Shown here piece after piece: positions 49,298-61,715 of a stretch of 64,000 bases of DNA. Under the pieces are notes generated by a model, which saw nothing but the letters and a program-made list of their open reading frames with translations, searched no databases and was not told the DNA's origin. Numbering within the stretch: the first letter of the stretch is position 1; every line of letters begins with the position of its first letter. The translations under genes and the position numbers were made by a program. This DNA is from Octopus bimaculoides (taxonomy: Eukaryota): the NCBI RefSeq assembly GCF_001194135.2, contig NC_068984.1, positions 73,603,008 through 73,667,007 on the forward strand, in the 5' to 3' direction.

Positions 49298-50669
49298 CAG
49301 GCTTCTTTTAGTTTCCATCTACCAAATCTACTCACAATGCTTTGATTAGCCCAAGGCTATAGTAGAAGACACTCACCCTAGATGCCATGCTGTAGAACTG
49401 AACCCATAACCATGTGGTTTGGAGTCAAGCTTCTCACCACACAGCCATGCCTGCACCTATTAATTAATTTTTTTTTTGTCTCCTATTGGGTGACAATAGA
49501 AGATGGAATATGCTAATCTAGTCTACCAGATGGGAAAATGAGGCAATGTTCATCATTATCATCATCATCATCATCATCATTATCACCATCATTTAACCTC
49601 CATTTTTCCAAGCTAGCATGGTTTGGACAGTTCAGCAGGAGCTGACAAACCATAGGACTGCATCAGGCTCCGCTGTCTGCTTCGGTATGGTTTCTATGAA
49701 TGTCCTTCTTAACACCAACCATTTTACAGAGTATGCTGGGTGTTTTTTATGTGGCACCAGCACCAGTGAGGTCAAAAAGTAACTTACAAGGCAAGACACT
49801 CCACCCCCCCACCTCGACTGAGGGAAGGATTTACATTGACGGAGATGGTGTTGTGCCAGATGGTGAGAGATTAAAGTATAATACAGGAACAGAAAATGGT
49901 GTGGAGGAAATACATGACTACCCCATTTTGAAAAGAGACAGGAGAGGGAAGAGAGACAGAGAGGAGGTGATGGTAAAAATGTGCCATTGCTGTTGTTATT
50001 GTTGTTGTTGCCGTTGTTGGTGGCAGTGGTGGGAGCAGCAGCAGCGTTAGGTGGATCAATACGATGAGTACTTTTTGGCATCGTCTACTTGTAACATTCT
50101 GATTCTGTAACCAATTAGACACAACTAATTGATTAGCACGATCTGACCTTTCCATTGCTCCTTATCATCATCATCGTCGTCATCGTCATCATCATCATCA
50201 TTATCATCACTATCATCAATATCACTATCATTCCCACCACAACTACTGACAACACTATCATTGAAATCTCATCAGCATTCATTATCATCATCATCATCAT
50301 CATCATCGTTCTTGTTATCATCTTCATCATCATCATTATCATCATCATCAACATCATCACCACCATGGCCATCATCACCATCATCGTGAGCACCATTGTT
50401 ATCATACAGGTTTGATCTCTAAATTTATTGCTATGTTTATAGTAGTCACAAGATCGATAATTTTGAAGGGTGTGTAGGTATGACAGTGTGTAACTCTTAT
50501 CTTCATCTCCATTAGGTTGGAGTTGGCAGGGTGCATTTGTTATCTTAATCAGGTTGGAAAAAGTAGTGGCAACAGGATGTAACATTTATATATATCCAGG
50601 CTGAGCAAGGGTGGGATATAACTGCTACTTTAATCAGGCCTACAATATTACTTATATATATATTAATAA

Positions 50670-51285
50670 TCCTTTCTACTATAGGCACAAGGCCTGACAT
50701 TTGGTGTAAGGGAGATAGTCCATTACATTGACCACCTCCAATACTCAACTAGTACTTATTTCATTGACCCTTCCCCCCCCCCACACCTCAAAGGATGTAA
50801 GGTAAAAATCAACTTTAGTGGAATTTGAACTCAAAACAGTGTGCTAATGACTTCTGCTAGTTCACCACCTTATATTTGTTATTGGTTTAAAAGTTTTGGC
50901 ACCAGGCAGCAATCCTGGCTGAGGAGTTAATTGATTATGTTAACCCCAGTTCTCAATTAGTACTTATTTCATTGACCCTAAAAGGATGTAAGACAAAATT
51001 GACCTCAGTGAAATTTGAACTCAGAACAAGGTGCTGATGTTTCTGGTAGCCCACCACCTTATATGTATTATTGGTTTCAAATTTTGGCACAGGACCAGCA
51101 GTCCTGGGGGGAGGGGTTAATCGATTACATCAACTCCAGTGACCAACCTATTTTATCAAGCTCAAAAGAATGAAAGGGGAAGTCAACCTCAGCCAAATTT
51201 GAACTCAGAAGATGAGGATGGCAAAATTCCGTTAAGCATTCTCCCTGGTGTGCTAACAATTCTGCCAAATTACTGCCTTGTATGT
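50670..51285 (-). mobile_element. Three head-to-tail SINE family C copies
   Basis: Reverse-complement C units at about 50670-50870, 50890-51060 and 51075-51285. Confidence 0.72.
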
Positions 51286-53107
51286 ATTATCAATAATATA
51301 TGTATTGATACTGTGTATCTTATAAGGGGTGAAAAAAGAAAAGTACCATCCGTTGCAGGATATGAACTCTAAATACTATATTAACTTTTTACCAATGTCC
51401 TACTTTCTCAGCCAGCTTCACCACTTTTTAGTGATATCTATCTTATCATGCCACACTGTGGTGAACACCTTAATGATAAAATCTTTGGTGAGTCAAGACA
51501 ACAACACTTATTTCAGGGTTTGGTTAATACAAATTTACTTCACTTGAATTCACCTGTAGTACCAATATTTTTAGGAAATGTTTGCTGTACATACAAATAT
51601 AAAGGATATAAACCAAGCAGACTCAAGCAAGATAAGAAATAACTAGCTTTAGTTTTATCATTTACATTTCTAGTCATGGAGACATATGGTTCAGTAGTTG
51701 GGGTGTTGGACTCATGGTTGTAAGATTGCGGTTTCGATTCCAGGACCAGGTGATGTGTTGTTTTCTTGAGCAAAACATTTCACATTGCACTAGTCTACTC
51801 AGTAACCAAGAATGAGTAGAATGATAAATTTATGACAGGCCTGGCAAGCTGGTAATGGATGATGGCCTTGCCTAAAACAACAAACAGCAGACATGAAGTT
51901 GTGACAGACCTGGTGAGCTGGCGATGGGTGGTGGCCTTGCTTAAAAAAACAAACAGAAAGGAACTTCTAAACTGATGAACCATAGGCCTACCCTGGAGTT
52001 GGGTATTACATTACCACTCATAATTTAGAAATATGACTGGTGACATGCAGCAATGGCCAATATATCCACCCTCTCAGCCATGCCATTGGTCTTTACCCAC
52101 CTTTAGGTCTTCACAATAGGCTCTGTTGTTATTGGACCGTTATGGTATGTTTCCTAGGGATCTAAATACCTTTCCTCTACATACATCATGGAGTGAACCT
52201 TACTCCTAGCCACCACAAATTAATGATATATGCTTCTGCTTCTCATACATACATGCCAAAGATAATATTAATGGTATAATAAACATTCACCTTGTGTACA
52301 TTGTAAAGTTGTTGGTGATAGAATAGGCATGCATCAGAAAAGAAAGAATTATTTTTAATGCCTGAAAAGAAGGAGCATATGAGATATAGGCCTTGCCACA
52401 AGTTGGAGTGAAATTAACCTATTTAGAAGAGCTGCAAAACTGGTCTAGGTAGAGAGTACCTATGCAAGTAGATGGATAAAATGTACCTAGTTCATGCTGT
52501 AAAATGGTTGACAATAGGAAGGGTCCCCAGCCATAAAATACCTGAAGCAGAAGACACACTCAATTGTCAATTTCTTATGCAAGTGTGTGTGTAAGAAGAT
52601 GAAAGACCGCAGCAAGAGGCAAGATGCTGTCATCCAACTCATGCCAACATGGATAAAGAGATGTCAAATGATGATGATATGTGCATGAATATGTGTATGT
52701 ATCCATTTGTGTGTATGGATGTAGACTACAAAACAAAATTGTCTTAGATAAATCCTCAAAATCCAAACACTAGCATAAATTCCATCTCCATCGTTTTTCC
52801 AGTCCTAACTTGTTTGAAGAGCCTGTAAACCCACAGGTGAAACTCAATACAGCAAGAGACTGACTCATCAAAAACAAAAATATTATCAATCTCTTCTATG
52901 ATATTGAGTAATCTTTCTTCTGACAGCAAACACTAAACATGTGTGTGTGTGTGTGTGTTTATAGATATTGAAAATAAACAGAAGAAAATTAACAAGCAGA
53001 TGTTAAAAAATTAAAATATAAAGTTACAGATATATAATATGTTTTTTTAAGCTTTTGTTCATAAATTTTATTGTGTTTGTTTTTAATACTTCAAAATCTT
53101 AAATTAG

Positions 53108-53207
53108 TTTCCAGCTGACTGTCGTTGCTATCGCAGACAACTGCCTCCTAAGTTGCTATTCTTTCTTGGCTCATCACCAAATGGATTACAAGATTATTTG
53201 TCAACCA
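53108..53207 (+). CDS. CFAP47: CFAP47 exon 14 in window
   Basis: attAG/..cca/GTaagt. Peptide CFQLTVVAIADNCLLSCYSFLAHHQMDYKIICQP resembles CFAP47 FSLPVTATAENCILTIYPYMAIH. Phase 2 to 0. Confidence 0.92.
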
Positions 53208-53757
53208 GTAAGTTCTCATTTTTTTATCTTCTGTGTTTTTGTTTTGTATCAAAGAAAGCTCGAATGAATATAGGGATTTGCTAAAGATCATACTCAAAAG
53301 ACTGGTTCAGTCAGTGAAAGAAAACAACGCATCAGAATCACAATGCAGTTTTTGCTGGGATCAGAGCATAGGGCAAAGAAGATCTGCATTACATGCTAGA
53401 TTCTGAAGGAATACATTATTCTCTAAGATGAACATAAGTATGTCTTATAGTGCCTTAACCCTTTTGATACCAATCTGCCTAAGACTGCTCCTGATTCTAT
53501 TATACAAACTTTCTTTTGAACAAACACCCAAGGGGTGGCTCTCGTATTCTTAGTTAAGCTCATACATACATACATGCCTTCATACATATGCACACATACA
53601 CATATGCATATATGCATGCGTTTCTCTCTCTCTCTTTATATATGTCTACAGGGATAAAGAGAAAGAGATGGATGCATGCAAACACTTTTACATATTTACA
53701 TACATGTGTATATAACATGCACATGTATGCATGTATGTATGTATGTGTGTATATATT

Positions 53758-53804
<47 letters not shown>

Positions 53805-54058
53805 GATGGTAGATTCTCTTGTCATGAACAACAAGTGAGAGTTCAGTAAAATAAAGTGTTAATCCTGTTCTATGGACATGAATGTGTCTCTTGAGGCCTG
53901 CTGATACCTTGCAAACTTTTTGGCAAAATGAACAAGTTGAGGACTCAGTTTGCTTGAGTGCTTGTCAATCATTTACTATGTGTATATATATACATATGTG
54001 TGTGTGTGTGTAATATATATATATACATGCACATAAGTGCATACACATGCACATACAT

Positions 54059-54112
<54 letters not shown>

Positions 54113-55183
54113 TAGTCTTTAATTATCATGTCATGATTTCAACAAAGTAGTTGAGTGGTTGTGTGTGTATCTGTGTATGAGTGTAATCATGATAAAGAGG
54201 AGATATAGGGAAGTGCAGGAGCAAGTCAGTTAAAAGAGATAATCTGATTTTGTTTAATATTTTTCAATGACTTTAAAATGGTACTTACTTTACCTTCATT
54301 TTAAAATTTAGAGGGTTTCTTCACCAAGAGAACAGTGACAGATTATGACTGATAAGAGGCTGAACAACACCGATTTTCCTTTTAGAAAGTGGGCTTTTTT
54401 GCTTTGTGATATATGATTTGTTAAGTACAAGTTTATGTGTGTTGAAGAAGTAATGAATCAAATGAGATATTTTATCTTCAATGTTGACTTTAGATGTCTT
54501 CATGAAGAGTATGGGGATGAAGCAAAAGTGATATGACTCTAAGCAATTTGCAGACAGTAATTATTTTTCAGTTATTTCCAGATAATTTTGGTTGATGATG
54601 TTGTTTGTGAAAGAACTCTGTGTGTGTGTGTGTGTATGTGTGTGTGTGTGTGAGTGTGTGTGTGTGTGAGTGCGTGTGTGTGTGTGTGTGTGTGCTTGCA
54701 TGTTTGCATGTGTGTGTGTGCATATGTATTATGTGTGTTTGTAGGTGAGATAGTGAAAGAGCACAAGATGAGAACAAAAGAATGAAAGACAAGTGAAAAA
54801 GGTAAAAAAAAAAAGGTTTAACAAAGGATCTTGTTAAATTAGTGCATGTGTGTCTCTATGCATGTATGTGTATGTGTGTGTATATATACACACTAACATA
54901 TCCTCAGTATCAAATATCATGCTATTTTAAAGGCAATAAGCTGAAATGTTATTTAACAAATGCATCAACATAACATATATTCCATATATGTCATGTCTAG
55001 TAAGAATAATTAAATTTTCATTGAAAAAACTTTGAAGGATTGAATCCAAAACGTAAAATAAATTGTTTAAATTTTTTAATGAGGTTGAAACAATAAAAAA
55101 TTCTATGTTTAATTGTCAAAGATTTTCCATGTATTATTTTACTAAGTCACTGGTGAGCCTGCACCATCAAAAGTGACAACAAC

Positions 55184-55412
55184 TTAAACCCCTCAGCATT
55201 CAGATTACTCTGTCAAATGTAATACTTATTTATTTACATTGTTTGAAATTAATCATGCTTTATATTGTAGCTTTGTGACTTCAATGATATAACTGTTTAT
55301 TTTTAGAATGACATTGTAGGGTAGGTATAATAGGCTGGACCTGGCCCGTTTGAATCTAAAACAGGTGAAATATTTTGGCCTGGTATGGCCAGTTTAAATG
55401 ATACAGGGTTAA
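55184..55412. mobile_element. piggyBac-type MITE, second copy
   Basis: TTAAACCCCTCAGCATT ... AATGATACAGGGTTAA; internal sequence is the reverse complement of 19411-19632. Confidence 0.7.
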
Positions 55413-56016
55413 GGTTATTCCTATTCATGACTATTTCTTTCAGTCAGGATATAATTATGTGAGGACACTTAAATTTCCTGTAACCATTACCAATAATGTT
55501 CTCAGTAACAGTCCTCGTTCATGATATAAAACGTATGTTTATTCACTAGTAACATATCATGAAGACAGAAGTGTTCTTCCAACATCTCAAAAGAAGGGTC
55601 AAAGGTCATTCCAAACCATAGGCTCATAAGGCAAAATTCCAGGACTCTCTGGATCGATATTCCTTCCTTGGTTAAAACACTGGTCCATCACAAGCTCCGT
55701 TTGATCTACAACTGCAGTTTGGCCAAAGAGACGAGATGCAGGAAAGCACGTCGCACAAACGGTAACCACACCTGCTCACCTTCATCACAGCTGGATGTCC
55801 TTCCTAACACCAACTACTCAGCCCTTCCAAATGCCAACCACTTTACAGTAAGGACTGGGTGCTTTTAAGTGGCACCTGCACTGACAGGGTCACCAAGTTT
55901 ATATATGTATATATAATATGCATACATTCACACACACACACATACATGATAAAAACACATGAATATACACATTAAATATGTCCATATATACGTATTTCCT
56001 AATTCTTTTCTGCCAG

Positions 56017-56200
56017 GGTACATCACTCAAAGGACCAAAGAGCAGTTCAAATGAAAGTGTTGATGCTGGAGAGGCCATTTGTGTGCCCTGTGACTCCTCA
56101 TTGAATTCAATCAGTGAGAATAGTTCCAGTGTGGTGACTTCAATCATAGAAGAAAGCTCAGTATGTTCCTTTGAATCAGATCCATATGATCAATATTCCT
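56017..56200 (+). CDS. CFAP47: CFAP47 exon 15 in window (Ser-rich linker)
   Basis: tgccAG/..cct/GTaagc. Peptide GTSLKGPKSSSNESVDAGEAICVPCDSSLNSISENSSSVVTSIIEESSVCSFESDPYDQYS. Phase 0 to 1, in the position of the variable linker. No further exon found before the window end. Confidence 0.8.
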
Positions 56201-57944
56201 GTAAGCAATATTTCTTTATTATTTTATTACTATTGCTAGCCTCAGTCATTTAACTGAGGCCTTGCTGGAGCACTCCCTTCAAGAAGTTTAGTCAATTATG
56301 TTGACACCAGTATATATTACAGACTGATATTACATATCAGACTGTAATATGTAATATTGATCAATAAAAAGCAAGCACATGTTAAACTATGTATTTAGCT
56401 CAGGGGAGTACTAACTGATATTACATAGTAAGATGTTACAGTCTGATATATATTTCTCATTCTCTATTTATCAAATAGTCAATTCATATTTTCACGTAAT
56501 AGTCTTACAGTACTAAAGATAAACATTCCACAGATATACATATATATGTGCACACATAAATATATGTGTAGCTGTTTGTATATCCAAATGTATGTATGTC
56601 TGTATGTATGTATGTAAATATGTATGTGTGTATGTATGTATGTATGTATAGATTAACATTAAAAATGAAAGAATCAAAACATTTGGCATAGCTTGAAAAG
56701 AAAGAATTTAATTTAGATAGGGAATATAAATATATAGTGTTTCTTACAGTTATTTCTAGAATAGCCAAAGCATGTGGATCATGATATTCTTTTCTTTTTT
56801 CGACTCAAGGCACAAGACCCGAAATTTTGGGGGAGTGGGGGGGCAGTCAATTAGATTGACCCCAGTATGCAACTGGTACTTAATTTATTGATCCCGAAAG
56901 GATGAAATGCAAAGTCGACCTCGGCAGAATTTGAACTCAGAACGTAAATACAGATGAAATACTGCTAAGCATTTCTCCCAGCATGCTAATGTTTCTGCCA
57001 GCTCTCCACCTTATATTTTAAGATATTCTTTTCTACTCTAGGCACAAAGCCAGTTCTTCGCCTTGTGTGGATCATATTTAGTAAGGATTCGATAAGCTGA
57101 ATCATGTATGTGTGTATGTATGTAGGTCATATATACTAAGGGGGACTAAGGTGTGTTTGTTTGTATGAGTGTGTGTGTATGAATGTTGACACCACAGATT
57201 CGTTTGTGCCAAACAGTGGTGCTTACACATCTTGTCGACATCATGAGTGGTTGCATGAAGGTGGCAAGCTGGCGGAATCGTTTGCACACCAGGCAAGATG
57301 TTTAGCAGCATTTCATCCATGTTTATGTTCTGAGTTCAAGTTCCGTTCCGGCTGACTCTGCCTTTCATCCTTTCAGTGTTGATAAAACACATACCAGTTG
57401 AGTACTGGGGTTGATGAAATCAACTTACCTCCTTCCCTGAAATTGCTGGTCTTAAGCCAAAATTTGAAATCATGAGGGGTAGCATTGCACTTTCAAAGAT
57501 CAGTTAAATATAAATTCATTATTTTTAAAATAGATAAACGTTGGTGACAGGAAATGCATCCAACTGTAAAATAAGGCATCTAATACATCCCTCTCCAACC
57601 CATGTTTGCAGAGATATATTTACTGGAAGCAAAACACATTCTGACTAAGCTTATTTAAGACATTATGTCACATAATGTTTGAAATATATTTAACAGGAGA
57701 AGGCAGCAGGCTAGCAGAAACGGTAGCACGTTGGGCAAAATGCTTAGCGGTATTTTGTCTGTATTTATGCTCTGAGTTCAAATTCTGCCAAGGTTGACTT
57801 TGTCTTTCATTCTTTCGGAGTCATACTGGGGACCTTCTAATCGACTGGCCCCCTCCACCAAAATTTCAGGCCTTGTTCCTAGAGTAGAAAAGAATATATT
57901 TAACAGTAGGCTAGGACTTAGAACTGTGATATTAGCCTACCTGA

Positions 57945-58280
57945 TAAATATAACTGGTACTCCATTGGTTATGAAGATGAAGGTTCCAGTTGGTCTGACC
58001 AATGGGATAGCCTGCTCGTGAAATTAATGTGCAAGTGGCTGAGCATTCCACAGACACAACTAACCTTAATGTAGTCCTCTGTGAGATTTAGTGTGACACA
58101 GAATTTGACAAGGCTGGCCTTTTGAAATACAGACACTATTCATTTTTGCCAACTGAGTGGACTGGAGCAACAAAAAATAAAGTGTCTTGCTCAAAGATAC
58201 AACACGCCACCAGGAATTGAACTCATGACTTTACAATCAAGAGCTGAATACCCAAAACACTAAGCCACATGCCTTCATAT
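57945..58280 (-). mobile_element. Hybrid SINE A2, second copy
   Basis: Minus strand head, TCTTTGAGCAAGACACTTTATT..GCTCCAGTCCACTCAG (CORE-like), then the family-A 3' body and tail. Confidence 0.75.
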
Positions 58281-58774
58281 CTGATGAATATAGAGTTAAA
58301 CAACTCAGACAAACTGCACCAAGGAAGCACATGTTAAACTATATATTTAGCTCAGGGAAGTACTAATCATGCTTCTGCCGATAAAACTTGCAACTTGCTT
58401 CATGAAACGACCTCAATAAATGCTGCAGTGGTAACTGGATGATGTTGGCTTTATAAGCACACAATATAACCTCTGAGTGATTGAATTACCATTTCAAATT
58501 GAAGTACAAGTAGTTTTGTTAAATAAAGCTATAGTAGACCATTTTATGGTCCTATTGAAGGATTTTCTAACTTCTCCTTCCCATCCACCTCCTCTCCCCA
58601 TCCTCCTCCTTTCCTCTTTCTCCCCATCCCCTTTCTCCCTTCTTCATCTTCCTATTGTTGCTGCTGCTGATGCTACTGCTGATGATGATGATTTTGCTGC
58701 TGTTTATACCCAGCTCTGCCCTAATACAGCTGACCTATGATCAATGGTATCACAGTTTTAAATATCTATCTATA

Positions 58775-59052
58775 TTGGCTCCTGTGCAGGTGGCACGTAA
58801 AATACACCATTTTGAGCGTAGCCGTTGCCAGTACCCACTGACTGGCCTTCGTGCCGGTGGCACGTAAAAGCACCCACAACACTCTCAGAGTACTTGGCGT
58901 TAGGAAGGGCATCCAGCTGTAGAAACTCTGCCAAATCAGATTGGAGCCTGGTGTAGCCATCTGGTTTTCACCAGTCTTCAGTCAAATCGTCCAATCCATG
59001 CTAGCATGGAAAGCGGACGTTAAACGATGATGATGATGATGATGATGATGAT
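58775..59052 (+). mobile_element. Family D copy, young-looking
   Basis: CpG-rich D core and an (ATG)9 tail. Confidence 0.8.
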
Positions 59053-59174
59053 TATCAGAGACCTACATTATTCGGTGTAACTTTTATATTAAATAGTAGA
59101 GTTTCAATACAAGAGAAATTTCAAAGCAAATAATCAGTCATAATTTCTGCCTGCTATCAACATTTTCGGATATT

Positions 59175-59705
59175 GGTGCAGCAGTGGATGTGTTGTTAAG
59201 AAGCTTGCTTCCTGACCATGTTGTCCTGGGTTCAGTCTCACTGAACTGCACCTTAGGCAGTTGTCTTTCGTCTACTATAGCCTCAGACTGACAAAAGCTT
59301 TATGCGTGGTTTTGCTAGACAGATACAGAAAGATGACCGTCGTGTATGTGTGTGTGTGTGTGTGTGTATACATACATATAAATATACACGCATGTGTATG
59401 TGTCTAAGTGTTTGACCCCCCGTCACTAAAGGATGGCCGGAGCTAGTTTGTTGATGTCCCCGTATGTGTGTGTGTTTGTGTTTGTGTGTGTGTGTGTGTA
59501 CATATAAATATATACGCATATGTATGTGTCTAAGTGTTTGCCCCCCCCCCATCACTAAAGGATGACCGGAGCTAGTTTGTTGATGTCCCCATAAACAGAC
59601 TCATAGAATAAGTACCCAGCTTAAATATAAGTACTAGGGTCGATTTGTTCGACTAAATCCTCCAAGGCGGTGGCGCCGCATGGCTGCAGTCCAAAGACTG
59701 AAGCA
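59175..59705 (+). mobile_element. SINE family B with internal ~120-bp tandem duplication
   Basis: Segment (GT)n..ATGTGTCTAAGTGTTTG..TCACTAAAGGATG.CCGGAGCTAGTTTGTTGATGTCCCC occurs twice (about 59340-59461 and 59462-59590). Confidence 0.75.
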
Positions 59706-60654
59706 TATAAATAACCAAGAAGATGAATACATTTAATTTATAGTGATCCTGAGTAAGAGATATAAGTTCTTTGAAAGATAGCTAAATTTAATGTAAAACA
59801 AACTGTGCTCAGAACATAAAAGGGAACTAAATACCCGCAGAACTTTATATTCCGCCCTATCTATCAACCCCTCCGATCTTCCTAAACAAAAATTGCAGTT
59901 TGTTTTCATTTCTCATTTCATCGACATTGTCAAGGAAGTAGCGTAACTCTAGCGATTCCTTTATAGAGTTACCTCCCTTAACACATTTTTTTTTCAGTTC
60001 CTTTGCTGGTTAATACTGTAAAAAAAAACGTTCTATTTCTTTATTTCTATTATCTTTCTCTGTATTATATTTGTTTTGTTTCATTTTCAGTGAGTTTTCT
60101 CATTAGAGATTTTCTCTCAAAACACAATTTCTCACCGCGTTTGTGTGTGTGTGTGTGTCTTCAGCGGACGTAGGAGTATTATATACGGGTATACTTGTAC
60201 TTAGTTGACCTGATAATTATTTATTTATTAATTTTTTTTTTTGCTTCAGTCGTTACGTCTATACGTTAATAGATACTCCATTATTTCCACAAATATCCCT
60301 CTCTGTATATATATATCATAAACCGCCTTTTTGTGTATGTTTTCTTTCATCGAATTGTGTTGGATATAAACTCAGAACACAAAGAGACAAGTAATAAAAT
60401 AGCTCCGAGCATTTTGTCCGCTCTACCCTTTCTCCAATCCCTCATAATATTGGTTTCAAATTTTGGAGGAGGTAAGTCGATTATTTCGACCCCAGTGCTC
60501 CACCGGTACTTATTTTATCGACTCCGAAAGAATGAAGGGTAAAGACGACCTTGGCGAAAATTAAACTCAAAACGAAGACGAACGAGGAAGGAATTTCAAC
60601 CATGTTTCGTGGTCTGCTACCACAACAGCTCCTTTATAGGATCCAGTTAGCTCA

Positions 60655-60724
60655 AGACATCATCAGGAGGAACCACGTCCAGTTTCGGGCCCCTACTCCT
60701 CTACCGTTTTGACGTGGCGGGGCC
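60655..60724 (-). ncRNA. Permuted hammerhead-like RNA motif, copy 1 (hypothetical)
   Basis: Minus strand GCCACGTC-AAAA-CGGT-A-GAGGAG-TA-GGGGCCC-GAA-ACTG-GACGTGG-TTCCTC-CTGATGA-TGTC. Confidence 0.45.
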
Positions 60725-61109
60725 ACCCCCTTTCGGAGGTGTCTTCANNNNNNNNNNNNNNNNNNNNNNNNNNNNNNNNNNNNNNNNNNNNNNNNNNNNN
60801 NNNNNNNNNNNNNNNNNNNNNNNNNNNNNNNNNNNNNNNNNNNNNNNNNNNNNNNNNNNNNNNNNNNNNNNNNNNNNNNNNNNNNNNNNNNNNNNNNNNN
60901 NNNNNNNNNNNNNNNNNNNNNNNNNNNNNNNNNNNNNNNNNNNNNATGTCTTCTTTCACTGTTTGTTCTAATTCAACTGTGGAATGTCCCTCGCTATGGT
61001 TATTTTCCAGGAGGTTCTGGCCACACGTCTTACGGTTCATCAACCCGCGTTGTTAAATTACTTTCTTCCGACATACCTTCCCTTGGTGGATTCGGATCCA
61101 GTTAGCTGA

Positions 61110-61172
61110 AGACATCATCAGGAGGAACCACGTCCGGTTTCGGCCCCTACTCCTCTACCGTTTTGACGTGGC
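61110..61172 (-). ncRNA. Permuted hammerhead-like RNA motif, copy 2 (hypothetical)
   Basis: Minus strand GCCACGTC-AAAA-CGGT-A-GAGGAG-TA-GGGGCC-GAA-ACCG-GACGTGG-TTCCTC-CTGATGA-TGTC. Confidence 0.45.
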
Positions 61173-61311
61173 GCCCCCCCATTTCGGAGGTGTCTTCAGC
61201 TCTGGTGTTGGGTGCATGTCTTCTTTCTTCTATTCCCTGGCCTCTTCGATGTAGCATCAACGAGTGTCAGCGTCCGACTGATTGTCATGTCAAATTCCCC
61301 TTTTTATACCT

Positions 61312-61463
61312 GCTGCTAAGCTCCAGCAAGTTGTCACGTTACTCTGTCTAAATTTCCCGCTGCTAGGGTCCAGTAGGCAGCACCAGCAAGTTGTCACATG
61401 ACACTGATTAAACTTCCCGCTGCTAAGCTCCAGCAAGTTGTCACATGACACTGTCTAAACTTT
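61312..61463. repeat. Three ~47-bp tandem units in the HERO 3' UTR
   Basis: GCTGCTAAGCTCCAGCAAGTTGTCACATGACACTGTCTAAACTT occurs three times; the middle unit has a 13-bp insert. Confidence 0.9.
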
Positions 61464-61715
61464 AACTGACAATGGAGGGCGCGAAGCCACTTCAGTGTCA
61501 GCCTGTCTCACCTAGGCATGTTATGACTTTCAAGCCATATTTGGTCTTACCGCTTCAGCCATATATAGAAGCTGGCTTTTTCGACCGCCTCCTGTATCCT
61601 CCTTATCAGTTTTCTCAGTTCCGAGTTTCAAAACGCAAATCTTCTCTTGAATAGCGCTGTCATTTTCCTTTCAATGAAGCCTCTAGCCCCCACTGCCAGA
61701 TGGTAGTACTCGACA

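Noticed and set aside
56376-58365. ~40-bp direct repeat AGCACATGTTAAACTAT(G/A)TATTTAGCTCAGGG at 56376 and 58327
   Set aside because: Only two copies 2 kb apart with unrelated interiors; most likely fragments of a dispersed repeat, not LTRs or a CRISPR-like array.
60600-60632. GTGGT-AGCAG-ACCAC-GAAACATG hairpin on minus resembling a PLE hammerhead
   Set aside because: The upstream core reads CTGTTGT rather than CTGANGA and stems I and III are poor; at best a decayed relic.
61105-61200. HDV-like ribozyme interpretation of the structured HERO unit
   Set aside because: It has a P1-like helix with G-U, but lacks the P1.1-forming GG after P1, a proper P3/L3 and the J4/2 catalytic C arrangement.
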